The notes under the pieces are model-generated. The model ran no database searches, had not been told where the DNA came from, and saw only the letters and a program-made list of their open reading frames with translations. A DNA stretch of 64,000 nucleotides from Bugula neritina. Taxonomy: Eukaryota > Animalia > Bryozoa. The stretch spans positions 16,708,633-16,772,632 of the forward strand of contig OZ037769.1 in NCBI GenBank assembly GCA_964035545.1. Direction: 5' to 3'. Shown piece by piece: positions 12,305 through 34,292 of this stretch. Both the position numbers and the translations under genes were made by a program. The first letter of the stretch is position 1. Each line of letters starts with the position of its first letter.

Positions 12305-14220
12305 CTTTGCAAGTTGAGAATGATATTCAGTTAGCATACAATCAAAGTGATATACGCCTTAGATATTGTCATATAAAACTCACCCACACTATGTTATTAT
12401 CGTGGATATGAATGTGATAACTCCTGATGGTTTTTTTTATAATGGACTAAGAGCTTTGTCCCAAAGAGGAACTGGCACAGGAGCAATTATGACTGGATAT
12501 ACTCTTCCTACCATCACTACTGGTGTTTGGGACTCAAACCTATGACCTTGTATTTACTAGGTCAGCATTCTTACCACTGGCATCATAGCAGCTTTTCACA
12601 TATTTTCTACACATTATATTTGTAGATATTTACTCAGGCAAACAGTCTTAAACCCAGCAATAATAAATAAACCTCAAATTATTGATATTATAACTAATCA
12701 CCTAATGGTATATTTCAATGGTTTATTTTTATGTCAATTTAGAAAAGTTATAGATTTGTGTGAGTTTTTTAATGTTCTATACATTCTCTTATATGATAAA
12801 TTAAATTTTATGCTAGCTTGAAATATTTATAGTTTTTAATGGGATAGAGAGGACAGCTGCCTGATTGATATTCTCACCTTGATCTAACTGGTTTGTAACG
12901 ATGCCATGTATTAGCATTGTTCATTTTATATAATAAAGATACATTTCTTATAAATTGTCACATCTACAATGTATACGATATATGACATATTTGTTATTCA
13001 ATGTTTATAATATTTGGTCTTCAGTTATTCTTAATCTGCAGGGGCTGAGGACTTTCAATGTAAACTAAAAGAACAGTGGTGGATACAGGCAGCCAGAACC
13101 CTTTCTGTACAGGGACATAATATAAATAAATTATACCATATTATGATTACTATCTAATAGCAGCCCAGCTTTATACTGTCTTCATTATTTATAAAATTGT
13201 TTTCAAACTTTCCTACACTCAAGTCTGCTGTGTTAAGTGAGGCCAAACTGCTGTCAGTTAGACAAGGTAGATTTATAGCAGCTACCTTTTCATCAACCAT
13301 TGGAATATTGTTTAGATATTTAAACATAGTGCTTAAAATAATATTGAGACCACTATCCCTCGTGTGCAGTATACCTAAATAGTAATATAACAGAATACAA
13401 TAATATTATATTGCAAAGTAATTTAATATAGTACCATAATATAATAAAGTGTAATATGATAAAATGTAAAAGTTTTTCGTAAGCAAATAGACCTAATTGA
13501 TTAAGTCTGGTTACTAGCAGAGTTAACTGTACTAAACTATATCAAGCAAGTGTGCTTGGTGCAGCTGAAGCATGCTGTTGGTTTTCTTGCTTAGGTTTCC
13601 AGATATCTATCTCTTTGAAGAGGACAACTCCTAGTTATTTACTTTCTGCACTAATAAACTCTGAACAGAAATGGTAAAATTATTGAGCTGTGAAGCAGGT
13701 TTAACAAGCATGGCTAGTAATTAATTATACTTAAAATAGATTGTATAAAGACTATGTGATTTATCAGATCTGTCATATAGCATGAAATAAGATCATTAAA
13801 GGGAAAACATGTTATTAAAGAAGCCAATAGTATAAAGACAAAAGATGGGTGACACTATATGATATATTATGGTAAATATATTATACTGATAGCAATAAAT
13901 ATAAGATGCATTACAATCCACGCTGTACGTGGTTTTAAATAAAAAATAGCACAGTTAAAGCTTTGATTGCTTAAAAATATAGAATAATATAATAATAATA
14001 ACAGCTATCATTCCAGCTAACAAAAGCTTGTACTAATACATTTACTAAACTATTATATTTATAGTTAAAATAGGCTGAGATTCATTAGAATCACTAATAG
14101 TCTGAGAAATCTTTAATCATGATGTCAGTTCAGTTACTATTTTAACGTTGGTGAATCAGCAAAATTGAAAGCTGTGGTAACACAATGTAGTCATATATGT
14201 TTACTGGTTGCAGCTATTGG

Positions 14221-16815
14221 TTAATTTTGAGTATGGTAACCAAGAGGGTTTGATATGGCTGTCATAGGGGTGGCGTCAGAGGGCCCCACAACTGTCACAC
14301 TAGATTTAGACCACTGGTAATGTCTGTAGGCTTTCACACCAAACAGAAACAGGAAAACTACAAGCATACAGCTGACTCCTATACCTATGGCAGCATTCAC
14401 TCCTACAGGGATGTCAACAGCCGCTGCCGAAGACATCATGGTGAGCAGAATGAAAATCTAAAAATAGAAATGTTTAGGAATATAGCCTAAGAACTTAGAG
14501 AACTTGGAGATATAAGGCTGCACTTTGTAGCAAATAACAGAGAAAGGAACTTTGATACTCTAGGTGTTTTAGGATAGTTTGACTTTAATTAAAGTACTGC
14601 CTTTATGGTAATATTACCAAAGAGAATACATTTTCAACACATGTAACTGTAATTATTATGCATAAGAAGAGGAAACTGTGCTCCGTACAGCCAGTAATTT
14701 GTCAAGTTGGTGAATATAGCGGACATTAACTGAAGCAAGAATGTGGAAGCTCGAGATATTGGTTTGAGTAACATTACTTCCTATGGGAAACTTACTCTAT
14801 AGCTCTGGGAGTGTTTGCTACCCTTGATTGAGGTATGATATACTACTGATCTGTTGTTATATAATAGTTGTTATATAATAGTTGTTGTATAACATACTGC
14901 TATACTGTTACAGTGTATTGTTCATAATCCCTCACTCTGTAAACCTTAAGAAGTTATTTATCACACCTGTGGTTATCATTGAAGTTAATAAACTGCATTA
15001 ATGTTGCACATCTAACCTACATTTACTGTAGAATCTACACATAATATGACCTACATACAGTGTAATGTGTAGACAGGAGAAATAATTCTGGCTATTCATA
15101 GCTTTATTTGTTTCTACTGTTAGCTTTTTTAGCTTTATTTTCAGCTAGTTGGCTATAACACATAAAATAGCTACTACTTCATAACTGTAGGCAAAGAATA
15201 GCTAAAACTAGCTTCACATTTGTTAGCTTTACCAGGAATAAATTTCTGTAAGAATTAAAATTTGTGAGTATTGATTACATTGATAAGATTTCTCCTCAAT
15301 TAATATGATTTTTATACAGTTGGCCAAACATTATTGATATGATTTTAAGAGTATTTTCTGTGTATAAATATTTAAATGGGTTTCAGTTTAGTGTACTAAA
15401 CACAGTCAATAAATGAACATATTACCCGTAGTCTGCATATATATATATAGTTGTTAGAGAAATTGCCGTGTGTTTCTAGCACAATGCTTATACATAATAT
15501 TGTACTAGTATCTGTGCATACTGTAGCCCACTGGTCATACTGTATATTGTATCAATAAGTAGACCTAATAAATTATATATTTCAGTTGATATAAAACGTG
15601 CCGAATGACAGATAATGAATTATTTTATTTTATAAGCTTAATTAAACTATTCAAGCTTTCATTCTGTGTTTGGAAATTTGTGGTTAGGTTTTAACGCTAC
15701 AGCTACTAGCTGGGAGCTTATAAGAATATGGCAGTATATATGGGTGTAATATGACTATATATGATATGTATGTGTAAGGAATATGGCTGTGTGTGTACAG
15801 GCAGCTGACATTATCATATAATTTGAATACTAAACAGGGGAACATAAACACTTTATTGATCTTAGGTAAACAGGAGATTAACTGGAGTTACCTGAGCATA
15901 TTGAACATAATATACTGTATGTCTTGACACATTACTTATATATTATACATGCTGCATGTTGCGTATAAAACATAATATATTCAGGCATATATAAGTAGCT
16001 ATATAGTAAGTTATGTAGTACATAAGTAAGCATTATAGTAAGTCATAAGTAAGTATTATAGCATGTAATGATGAAGTACATTAAGTCATTAGTAAGTCTA
16101 GTAAATCATGCATAAGTAGATATAATTTAAGTCATGATTAAGTACATTAAGTCATGATTAAGTACATTAAGTCATGAGTAGGTATATAGTAAGGATTTTT
16201 TGTATGCTGAGTCTTATTTTCTAGAATTAATGAAATAGTGTTGGAATAAAACATTTCATACATGTACCTGAACATATTATATCACATGTTTCAGAACTTA
16301 TTACTGAAATTGCATAATGAGTCAAGTTTATATCATATATCTTTCTTGCAATGACAGAGTATGTATATAACATGGTATGTCCTAATAATTAATATTTAAA
16401 TGTTGATCTACTGTGAAGATCAGGTAAATAAAATAAACACGAGAAAGAACCATCTGCATGTTTTGCTGAAAAATGTGAGCTTTTATTTAGAGCTAGAGTG
16501 ACTCCTTTTAGACTGAGTTCCTCAACTTCTATAGCTTCAGGTCTCAGTTACAGAAATGTAATGCTTTGTAGTATCTCTGTTAAAAGTCTCTCCCCACCTC
16601 CCCTCCACCCCCTCCTCTCCCCTCCTCCACAAGTTTATTGACATGTTCACTTTTGCAGTCATCCATTCCCATACCATGTATCATTTAGTTCTACTGTTTC
16701 ATTCATGTTGCCTTCAACTATTCTCCTCCAATCGTAGCTACTCAGCTTAAGGCTATAAAGATAATAACTCAGAGAGTAACATATAACTAAACATACGTAC
16801 CTTTCGAGTCTGCAT
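14221..16815 (-). CDS. Small single-pass membrane protein (~83 aa), copy B
   Basis: Micro-exon 16815-16801 (MQTRK) plus exon 14457-14221 (IFILLTMMSSAAAVDIP...HTQN); splice sites conserved with copy A. Confidence 0.75.
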
Positions 16816-17239
16816 AACTCCGTCTTCTCTAAATGCTGGCGAATGCTGCAAGAGTGAATACTACTAGATGTAGCTATACTTGTTGGTGCTGATTAATTGA
16901 CGGAGAAACTTAAAGAAGAAATGTATTAGTTTAAGTTACTCATGCGTGGAGTCTAGGCCTCGGCACTCTCATCATGACAATGCATTTGAAAGAATTATAT
17001 TGAGATGGATTTTACGTCACGGTTGGCTACTATACGTGCATATAATATTATATACGAAGGTTCAATACAGTTGTATAGTTTTATGTTTAGGATTACCCTC
17101 TCTTGACGTGACAGTAAAGTTAGGGCATGCAACTCCAACTACAGAATATATGGGAAATGCACAAAGGCACTTTAGTAATACCTTATGCAATACAACTAAC
17201 TATTAATACACCTATTGGTAATATTATTGTATAGTAATA

Positions 17240-19774
17240 CACAGTTAGTTTAAGGTCATTAGTTTCCAGATTCAAGCACTGCTTTATGTTATATATAAAC
17301 GGTTTCCAGGGGATAGCTCGAACAGTTTTTGTCTCACGTTAACAAATTTGACATGAAAAGATAGCTCTTGCATTCCTCTTTCATATACTTTTTTAATTTT
17401 TCAATAAAAAATTTTCTGAGAAAGTTGTTGCATAATAAGTAAAATTTTACACCCTCCATGTTCCACTGCTGTAGCACAGGGGATTTATTTTATAAAGTCT
17501 AAAAGTTAAACTTGACATTCCTTGATATGTTTTCTCTAATATACTTTCTTTGTTTTTTGAAATTCTGTTTATGCTCTTCACAATTTGGTAAAAACATACA
17601 CCATTTTGCAAGTTTCACTGCAATTTTCTAAATTCTTCATATGGTGGTTCTAGCTACGCTCCTGTGACTAATTATAACATTCCTAGTACGTTTGCCGCTC
17701 TGCGCTATCACAATAACATATAGTACCCTCTCGCACAAATTGGCAATCTATTGGATTTCTGCCAATATAATGTTCCCTGTTTTACATTAGCACTTAGCTG
17801 AATCATCTCACTATGTTACAATAATATATTGAAAATGCCTCAGCACAACATAATTCTTTGTTTGTTTGGCAGAGTTAATTTCAGCTAAATCACTTCACTT
17901 TGCAGTCTTGTCAGTAAAGGTCTGTCTATAGCGCAGCAGGTGTATACTTTCAGTTTCTCTAATTCACATATGATTATTTTAAGTACATTGTATTCTATAA
18001 AATCAATTTAAGGTTTAGTCTAGTGTTCAGTATCTAATTATTATGCATGTATGTTGTCTTACTGTTGAACAAAAGTTAAAAAAAAACTTTACAATTATAG
18101 CCATATTTATTATACATGCGTAGGATTTGCATAAGTTGACAAAAAAAAATTGCAACAAAACAGGGTTGAACCATGACCAACCAACTTGTCGCTGACGCCT
18201 CTAACCTCTGGACCACGCAGTCATCTTTCAAAGACGCGCACTATTTGAGTCATTATCATTACATAAATATTTCGCGCGCAAATGGGTTATAATTATTAGG
18301 CTGTCAATTCATGTTGATAGCAGTCAAAGCAAATGGTTTTGAACAAATAACCCAAAAGTTTAAAAATAAGTAGCTTGCGTATTACTAGCTACAAAAACAG
18401 GTCTGAAATAGACTGGTAAAGCAAGCTCTTATTGTAGAGTTTGCAGATGTGCTCTAAAATAAAACTTAAACTGTATGCTATTACATAAGTATTTGTATTC
18501 GAGAGATAAATGGACATTACTGAGTTTCTGGAAAACAACATACTTGAAGTTAACTTTGACAATGGTGTGTTATTTTCATCATAGCTAGCCTATAGCATAA
18601 ATCTCTAATCATATGAATCTTTATGAAGCCCACAGCTCATGTAAGGGTGGCAATGTAGTTTGAAACTAAAAATTATGTTGCTGCACTGTGTTTATTATAT
18701 ATTATGGAGCAAAATTTGGTTTTTGTAGCCTACCCAAACACATACTACAATGCAGCTTATATGCTGGCAGCTGTAATAAATACTGCCAATAGCAAGGTTA
18801 CTATCACTGCTAGCTCTGTGCAGTATGTAACCTCTTGAATAATTGCGCCAATTTTAAACTCTTGGAAGTTGGCCAAGTTATCATATCGCAGCCAGCCACC
18901 GGAGACAAAGCATCAGAGCTATTCATATAATATTATACTGATGCACTTGGTAGCAGAGTGGCTAATCTAATATAGTTCATAGTTCAACACCCTTTACTTT
19001 AGGAATACAGCCTCTTTTTTTAGGTTTACCTAACAAAGCATGAAAATATCTAAACTGATATTCTGATAATTTAGAGGTACATTTTGAAAACTAGGTTAAT
19101 TGCACTTGTTTGCGCAACAACAATAATAAAATAGATATTATGCAGTATAATAAAAACACACATAATACTATATAATATATTATAATGACAATAATATAAT
19201 ATTATAAGTACCATTACTGCATTTTATAAATCACATGGTTGCCAAAAAAATGTATCACAAATTTTGTAATTATACATCAAAAATAGAACTAGCTAGGCAG
19301 CAGGTTAGAATAGAGTAAATTTTTAAAACATGAAATCATGATTTGACTATTGTTTTATTTAGGCCAACCAACCTAGGAACACAAGATTGGGTTTTAGCTG
19401 ACAGTTTATAACATTTAGCTTTTGAGCCAGCAGCACTGGCACTTGTGAAGTATAGGAAAAGTTAGTGAAGCGAGACTAACAAGCACTCAAATACAAGGCA
19501 TATTGAGACACAATAACAAGTCAGGAGCGTATAAATTGAAAAGAATGTGGAAGGGGGACTATGTTTTTCAACAAGCTATAACTTAAACATGAATTGGCTT
19601 TTGAAAAAAATAAAAAAGTATATTGGAGAACATAAGTTTCTTTATCTTTTCATATTTTTTTTGTTCCTGTGACATTCAACCTGTTCGAGCTATCAGTGGA
19701 ACATTGTTCATATAGAACATAAAGCACCTGGCAAAGAGCCAGAAAATGAAAAGTATGACCTTAAACCAACTGTG
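17240..19774. mobile_element. Non-autonomous DNA transposon (~2.5 kb), imperfect TIRs, TA target duplication (Tc1/mariner- or CACTA/EnSpm-like)
   Basis: Absent from unit A (empty site gtaaTActgtggcaac at 9021-9036). Ends are TA|CACAGTTAGTTTAAGGTCAT ... ATGACCTTAAACCAACTGTG|TA, with further inverted blocks (gatagctcgaacag / ctgttcgagctatc). No transposase ORF. Confidence 0.9.
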
Positions 19775-20444
19775 TACTGTGGCAACACTCTCAAATGTCT
19801 ACCAAAGACTGCTTGCCAACCAGTTACAATCAGCTAAAGATCTATAATAACTGATAATTATTAATGTAGACATAATACACATACACCAATACTTATAGAC
19901 TCCTGCATATACTATATGAATGTCCTTTGTTTTCATTCAACAGATCAACATTATAACTACATCTGTAAAGTGTTGCTAATTTCATTCAATCAACTTTGAG
20001 TATGATCAATAAGTTAGTTGATTTTTTGATGCAATGTGTCTTTTAGTCAGCTATACCAAGCAATAGCCTATTATTTAAAATACATATCTTTGTCTTATAG
20101 AATACCATTTCTAATTGTATTTTTCTAAGTTTGCAAATTGATTAACACCTCTTGCATCTAAATTAGCCAATCAGAAATCAGTGCTAAACTGATGACCCTG
20201 TGAAACAAATGCAAAATGCTGTTTCAAAAGAAAGAAGGAATATACTAAACATGCTTGAATTGAACTAGATAAAAAAATTTGTTAAAAACAGGACACTTTA
20301 ATAAATTTATTAGAGCACACAAAAATTTGATTGTTAGGCATTTGACTGTTTTGAAGAAAAGTTAAAAGTTATTATAATAGCAGAATTTAATGTCAATTTT
20401 ATTAGGTAACATTGGAAATTGCCAAAAACTGCTGGAATTAATGT

Positions 20445-20924
20445 TTATGAAACGATGCAACTAGGTTTTGGACTTTTTACTTTCAGGTCCTCAAGGATTA
20501 AAAATGTTCCTATATTGGTTTTTAAAATTGCATTTTCCTTCATGATTCGTTCTTTTTCTTCTTTCTCTTCTTTCATTTTTTCTTTTAGCCCATCGAGTTG
20601 TTGTTGGTAAAATATCTTGTTTTCACTTTTAGCATTCTTGAGTTTTTCAACTGAAAGCTCCATCTCTTTTGTTCTAGATTCCTCTCTTGCCTCTGCCTCC
20701 TTTACCTTCTTTGTATTTTCCAATAATTCTCTTTCTAATTGTTGCATCTTCAGCTGGTTTTTTTCTGCCTCTTGCTCAAATTTATGTTGTAATTGCTCAT
20801 TTGTGTTTTTCATCTCTTGAATATCCTTTTCATGTCTATAGGCTGCCAGTACTTCCTTTTCTCTAGCCGCAAACCATTCTGTAATCATGTCTTTATATTT
20901 CCTACAAGTTTTAGAATCCACCAT
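20445..20924 (-). CDS. Coiled-coil exon/ORF ending in CaaX (CIVS); paralogous terminal exon (T2) of the atlastin/GBP-like gene
   Basis: Acceptor ttgtag|GAAATATAAAGAC at 20901, compatible with the phase-2 donors at 24235/25884; ends PKPSCIVS*. Duplicate of 9724-10197 with a divergent pre-CaaX segment. Confidence 0.7.
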   Translation of the reverse strand: MVDSKTCRKYKDMITEWFAAREKEVLAAYRHEKDIQEMKNTNEQLQHKFEQEAEKNQLKMQQLERELLENTKKVKEAEAREESRTKEMELSVEKLKNAKSENKIFYQQQLDGLKEKMKEEKEEKERIMKENAILKTNIGTFLILEDLKVKSPKPSCIVS

Positions 20925-22438
20925 GATGCTAATATCATTAATACCAACTGGCCATTTTTTATTTCAGTGATTTTGATAGTTTTAATTGGTTTAGTAGTTT
21001 TTAGCTTTTAGATCTAGTAAAATTAAATTTAGCCATTGATGGAAGGTTATGCAAAGTTTAGACTATAATATTATAGTCAATTAGTACAAACAAGCTATAT
21101 TATAATTATATATATATATATATATATAATTAAGATTTGTGCCACCATGATCACTCATCCTTTAGCAAATTCATTAAAATGTCAGAGTCAGAATAGAAAA
21201 TCAAAACCATGCTATAGATATTTATATATAGATCTGAACATACATAACGAGATGCTATAAGAGATATTTATAAATTTTTTAACTATATAAGCAAAGTATC
21301 CATGTATTATATCAATAATGTAATGAGCGATCATTACGTGGTTTTAAGTTGTTCATAGTTGATAAATATAAGATGGAGTATTTTTCCCAAACTAACATTT
21401 GAATAAGTACTGTCTTGTATTTATAACATAACATCAATAATATATACTACAATGGTTTAACGATGGTCACTGTGAAATCCGTTCTACTTAATTCAACTCG
21501 CCACTTCGGGTTTTTTAAAAATCTGCAATTCTGCTGATTAACTGAAAAAGAAACTTAAAGAAGAAATGTATTAGTTTAAGTTACTCATGCGTGGAGTCCA
21601 GGCCTCGGCACTCTCATCGTGACAATGCATTTGAAAGAATTATATTGAGATGGATTTTACGTCACGGATGGCTACATGTATACCATATTATATACAAAAA
21701 CTTTATTCTATTATTAGATGAATAGCATTATTAGTTTTGGTTTGATGTTTGGGACTATACCCTTTCTTGACACACTGGTAAGGTGAGAGCAGGTAACTTC
21801 TATAACTATAACAATATTTACAATTATCAATGACAACATGTGGTTTTTTTAATAAATTCCTGTAAAGATATTATATAGGGATTGATTTTTATTTTCCTAT
21901 TTATATAGCTCTACCTACATCATTTTCTAAAACCAAATTATTCTTACAATTTTGCCAAAACATTTGTATTATAGTAAGGAAAGATAATTAATCAAATCAA
22001 ACTATGATATACAACATAATTAGACCTGCCTGTATAATACATATAACATTACACCACGTCTTCCCGATATATACACTGGTGCTTTCTAGTACCAGCTCAA
22101 CACCTCATTGCAAGCTGCATTTCATACAATCAATTGTTTAAGCACAAAAATTCAATTTTATTAGTTTGCATTTTTAGGAGTTTAAACAGAAAATAAGAGA
22201 TTAAAGGCTGTAAAGGCAAATTATGGCACGAAATAACAATTACATTTCCATTTTGAACAAAAAACCCATTTTCTGACATCTATAAATATAAGTGCAATAG
22301 AAATTAATGCTGTGCTGTTTTGTGAAGTGGATGCAACGTAATATTACATGAAAAAAAACCCACTCAATATTAAATATGCTCTAATTAAATTGAATAAAAT
22401 TTTACTGAATTAGGATATTTTAAAAAGTCTGAGAACTT

Positions 22439-30993
<8,555 letters not shown>

Positions 30994-32067
30994 GTCTACA
31001 AAACAAATTTAAAACAAATTGAAAATAAATAGGAAAAATAATAGGCCTTTTCTCTCAAATCTATCGCAAAATGCAACTAGCGATATAGTTACACAGCTTT
31101 TCTCATTCACTCAAAGATTATCTTTGAACCATATGCTACATACTCTTTGGGAAATATTCAAACTGCATACTATTCACAAGATATTTTTTACATACTGCAG
31201 ATGTTACATACTGCATCATTAAGTATAGTAACACTTTTAGCGGGAGAAAAACGCTGTAGGTTTTCGTTACAATATAGTGCTATATAACAAGGATTGCACT
31301 TGCATTCCATTTTATATGACATATTAATATGTTCCAGAGATAACAGTCAAACTTCATGTAGGATTTTCAGTAAAGTTAGGATAACATAAAATTTCTTGCT
31401 CTATTATAGATTATTTGCCATACCTACTCTAATTTGCTACTTCTGTCGTTTCATGACGTGTGAAACTAGAAAATTTTCTTAGAAATCAAATGCTATGAAA
31501 TTACAAGAAACGACAACCTTCAAACACTCGGTAACAGATTTTCAGCACATGCAAGTTTAATGACTCAGATTAAAATGGATGCTTGCTAGCTGTAGCAATT
31601 AGCACAGTAAATTATAAAACTGTAACGACTAGCTGCTAGATAAAATGAGTTTGTTTCCAGTATAAGATACCAGCGTATAATGACTCTGTGTAGTTAACAA
31701 AACTTACAGAGGTTTGTAGTTATCCTACATTTACTTATTTATAACTAGCAATTATAGTAAACTGTAAAAAAAACTCACTTTTTTATGTCAAACTCTTATT
31801 CTGAAGACATTTTATTCTCAGAGAAAGTCCAACTGATAAAGAGGATGCAGTAATTGTGAGCGAGCGATTCTCAGTTATAATGAGTCTATGTCTGCGCTGA
31901 TCACGTAACATATGCCGGTGAAAGAGCCGGGATGTGTACTTTATAGAGCAGAACTCTTTGCTGTTTAGTGATACACAGTGTCCCAGCCCTATTGAACAGT
32001 ATCGGGTTAAAACCTAGATGATACAATTTACATAACAATAGATGTTAGATGTCACATGCTGTACTGC

Positions 32068-32262
32068 ATGGTAAAAATGGCACAGGTAATAATGTCACAG
32101 GTAATAAGGGTACAAACGGAAAAGTATGTAAAAATGGCACACTGATGGTAAATTTTCCCAAACTCTAAACCCAACCCCTCAACCCCTAAACCCTAACCCT
32201 AAACCCCCATTCTAAGCCCCCAAGTCCTAGTATTAAAAGTTGTGCCAATTTATCTATTTTGC
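32068..32262. mobile_element. Truncated copy of the foldback-like repeat family at 34293-35103 (opposite orientation)
   Basis: ggtaaaaatggcacag...caaacggaaaagta.gtaaaaatgg.acact plus a C-rich ccctaaccc core match the reverse complement of 34960-35103. Confidence 0.7.
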
Positions 32263-32948
32263 AATTTGTGTATGAGACCCTTCAGCTCAAATGCTCTGCT
32301 TTGAGTTGCAGTCTAACTATTGGCTTAACTAGAAATGTTAAAAAAAGTGGAGACTGAAATAAGAATACTGCCACCAGCGCTCACAGACTGATAAGGAGTG
32401 ATGTAGGTCAAACACCTAGTGAAGTTAAAGAAGTTGGATAGAAACTGTGGGAGATAAAAAATAATGAAGTCTAAAACCTGGTCTCTCTGAAGATGGTAAT
32501 GAGCAGAAGAAGAGGAGAAAGGAAGTGAAACTGCCTCAAGTTATGTCTGAAAGATTATTATGGAGGTTATAGGGTTCATATACTAATAGGTTCTGTAAGC
32601 ACTCATATTATATGTATCCACTTTCTCTAACAATACCATATTTGGTTGAAGTATGAAGTATGAAGACTGAATCCCAATTAGTACCTATCAAGTTAATGAC
32701 TATTTGAAAATTGCACATATTGACAATCAGCCATTATTGGTCTGAGCGAATTTTGAATGACCTGCTTCCATGTTGAACTTCATTTTCTAATTGTCCTGCT
32801 GCAAAATGTTTTTTGCTCTGCCTATTGGTAGTTTTTCATTTTTTTGGTGTTTGTTTTCCAAATGACATGTCCTGACACCAATGAATACCAACATAAGCTT
32901 TGTTTATAGTTCTTCTGGGTCTAACCTTGTTTCGGTAGGCCTACAGAA

Positions 32949-33447
32949 CAGAGTTGGGGTCAATCACATATGAATGTAACTAATTACATTTACAATTACA
33001 TGACAATTTGCCAATCACAATTATAATTACAGTGTAAATAAATGTAATTAATTACAATTACAATTGTTTTTGTTCTCACAAAAGAAATATAGTTTATATA
33101 ATCTCACTTCTGGGGTTCAACTACCAGGGGTAATTTTGACAACTGAAAACTTTCTTTGTTCTCAACAGTGACGATTAAGGTGATAAATAAGACATTAAAT
33201 TATTCTGAACTTTTTATTAAGCAGTAGGCAGGGCAGGAAAGAGATGAATTTTATAATATTTAAAAATTCTAAGTAATTGTTATGTAATTATGAAGTAATT
33301 GTAAAATTCAATTACATTAGCAAAGTAATTAATTACAATTACAATTTTACATTTTTATACATCAATTACAAATTACAATCAATTACTTGAAAAAATGTAA
33401 TTAATTACAACCAACTACAATTACAAATTACAATTTCCCCAACCCTG
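32949..33447. mobile_element. hAT-like MITE (~500 bp)
   Basis: TIRs cagagttgggg / ccccaaccctg, 8-bp TSD ctacagaa / gtacagaa (1 mismatch), subterminal aattac arrays. Confidence 0.75.
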
Positions 33448-34292
33448 GTACAGAATATTAATCTTATTGAGGTGTAAATGTCTTGGTTACAAATTACTAG
33501 CTCTACATGTTTAATTACCTTGAAAAGTAAAAGTTAGCCAAAGGAAGAATACAATGTAAATATAAAATACTAGTAAGTAGGGGGTGAGCTAAGTATAGAC
33601 ATCATTGAATAGTGACGGGTTGCTTTACAAACTTTTGACTTCTTGTCACCTTGTTTTGCTTGACTATTTGCTTAAGAAAAACAGAAACTACATTCAGAGC
33701 AATCGGTAATATTATCTCTGCTGGCAAGTAGCTCAAAAGCACACATCCGTTACTTAACACACCATATAAGGAGCTATATATTTATTGGCGGCAAAAAACC
33801 GCTTCGAGGCTTGTAATTGGATATGGCTCTTCTCTAATATCCTTCTTAAAATAACAATTTATCTTCGTAGTTTATCCCTCTATTAAGTCATCGATTTCTC
33901 TACTCCTTTGTTAGAATATCTGAAACTGGCTGACAACTTAAATTTGTAAGGCTTTTCAATATGGCAGAGTTTACACGATAGAATACCATAATTTCATATA
34001 AATAACATTTTAGCAAGTCAACAACCATATTGCCAGCTCATGAACATGCATAAGTTAAGCTTTTCTACAGCTACAATTATCACTAGATCCCTAGATATTG
34101 AAAAAGTTGGCGGCAACTAAAATGTAGGGCAAGACTAGTGACTTTAAGCAAAAATTTAACGTTCCACCATAACGAAAGATATGCTGTGAAATATACTTGG
34201 AATTTATGGGTTTATATCTTTACAATGCTTTAAAATTTCACGAAATTTTATACAATCATTTGCAAAAATTTTCATTTACCGAGTTGTTCTCT

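Larger units (their letters stand above)
3460..22329. repeat. Tandem segmental duplication: unit A ~3460-11663, unit B 11664-22329
   Basis: Colinear near-identical sequence, e.g. 3647-9020 with 11881-17237 and 9025-11663 with 19775-22329. The junction is at ...ttttgtgaagtg (11663 = 22329), where the sequence jumps back into the TGACTCA-rich RTK intron repeat. Confidence 0.95.

Noticed and set aside
32160-32220. ccctaaccct telomere-like repeats
   Set aside because: Short, degenerate, and part of a dispersed element also at 34440-35010; not a telomere.
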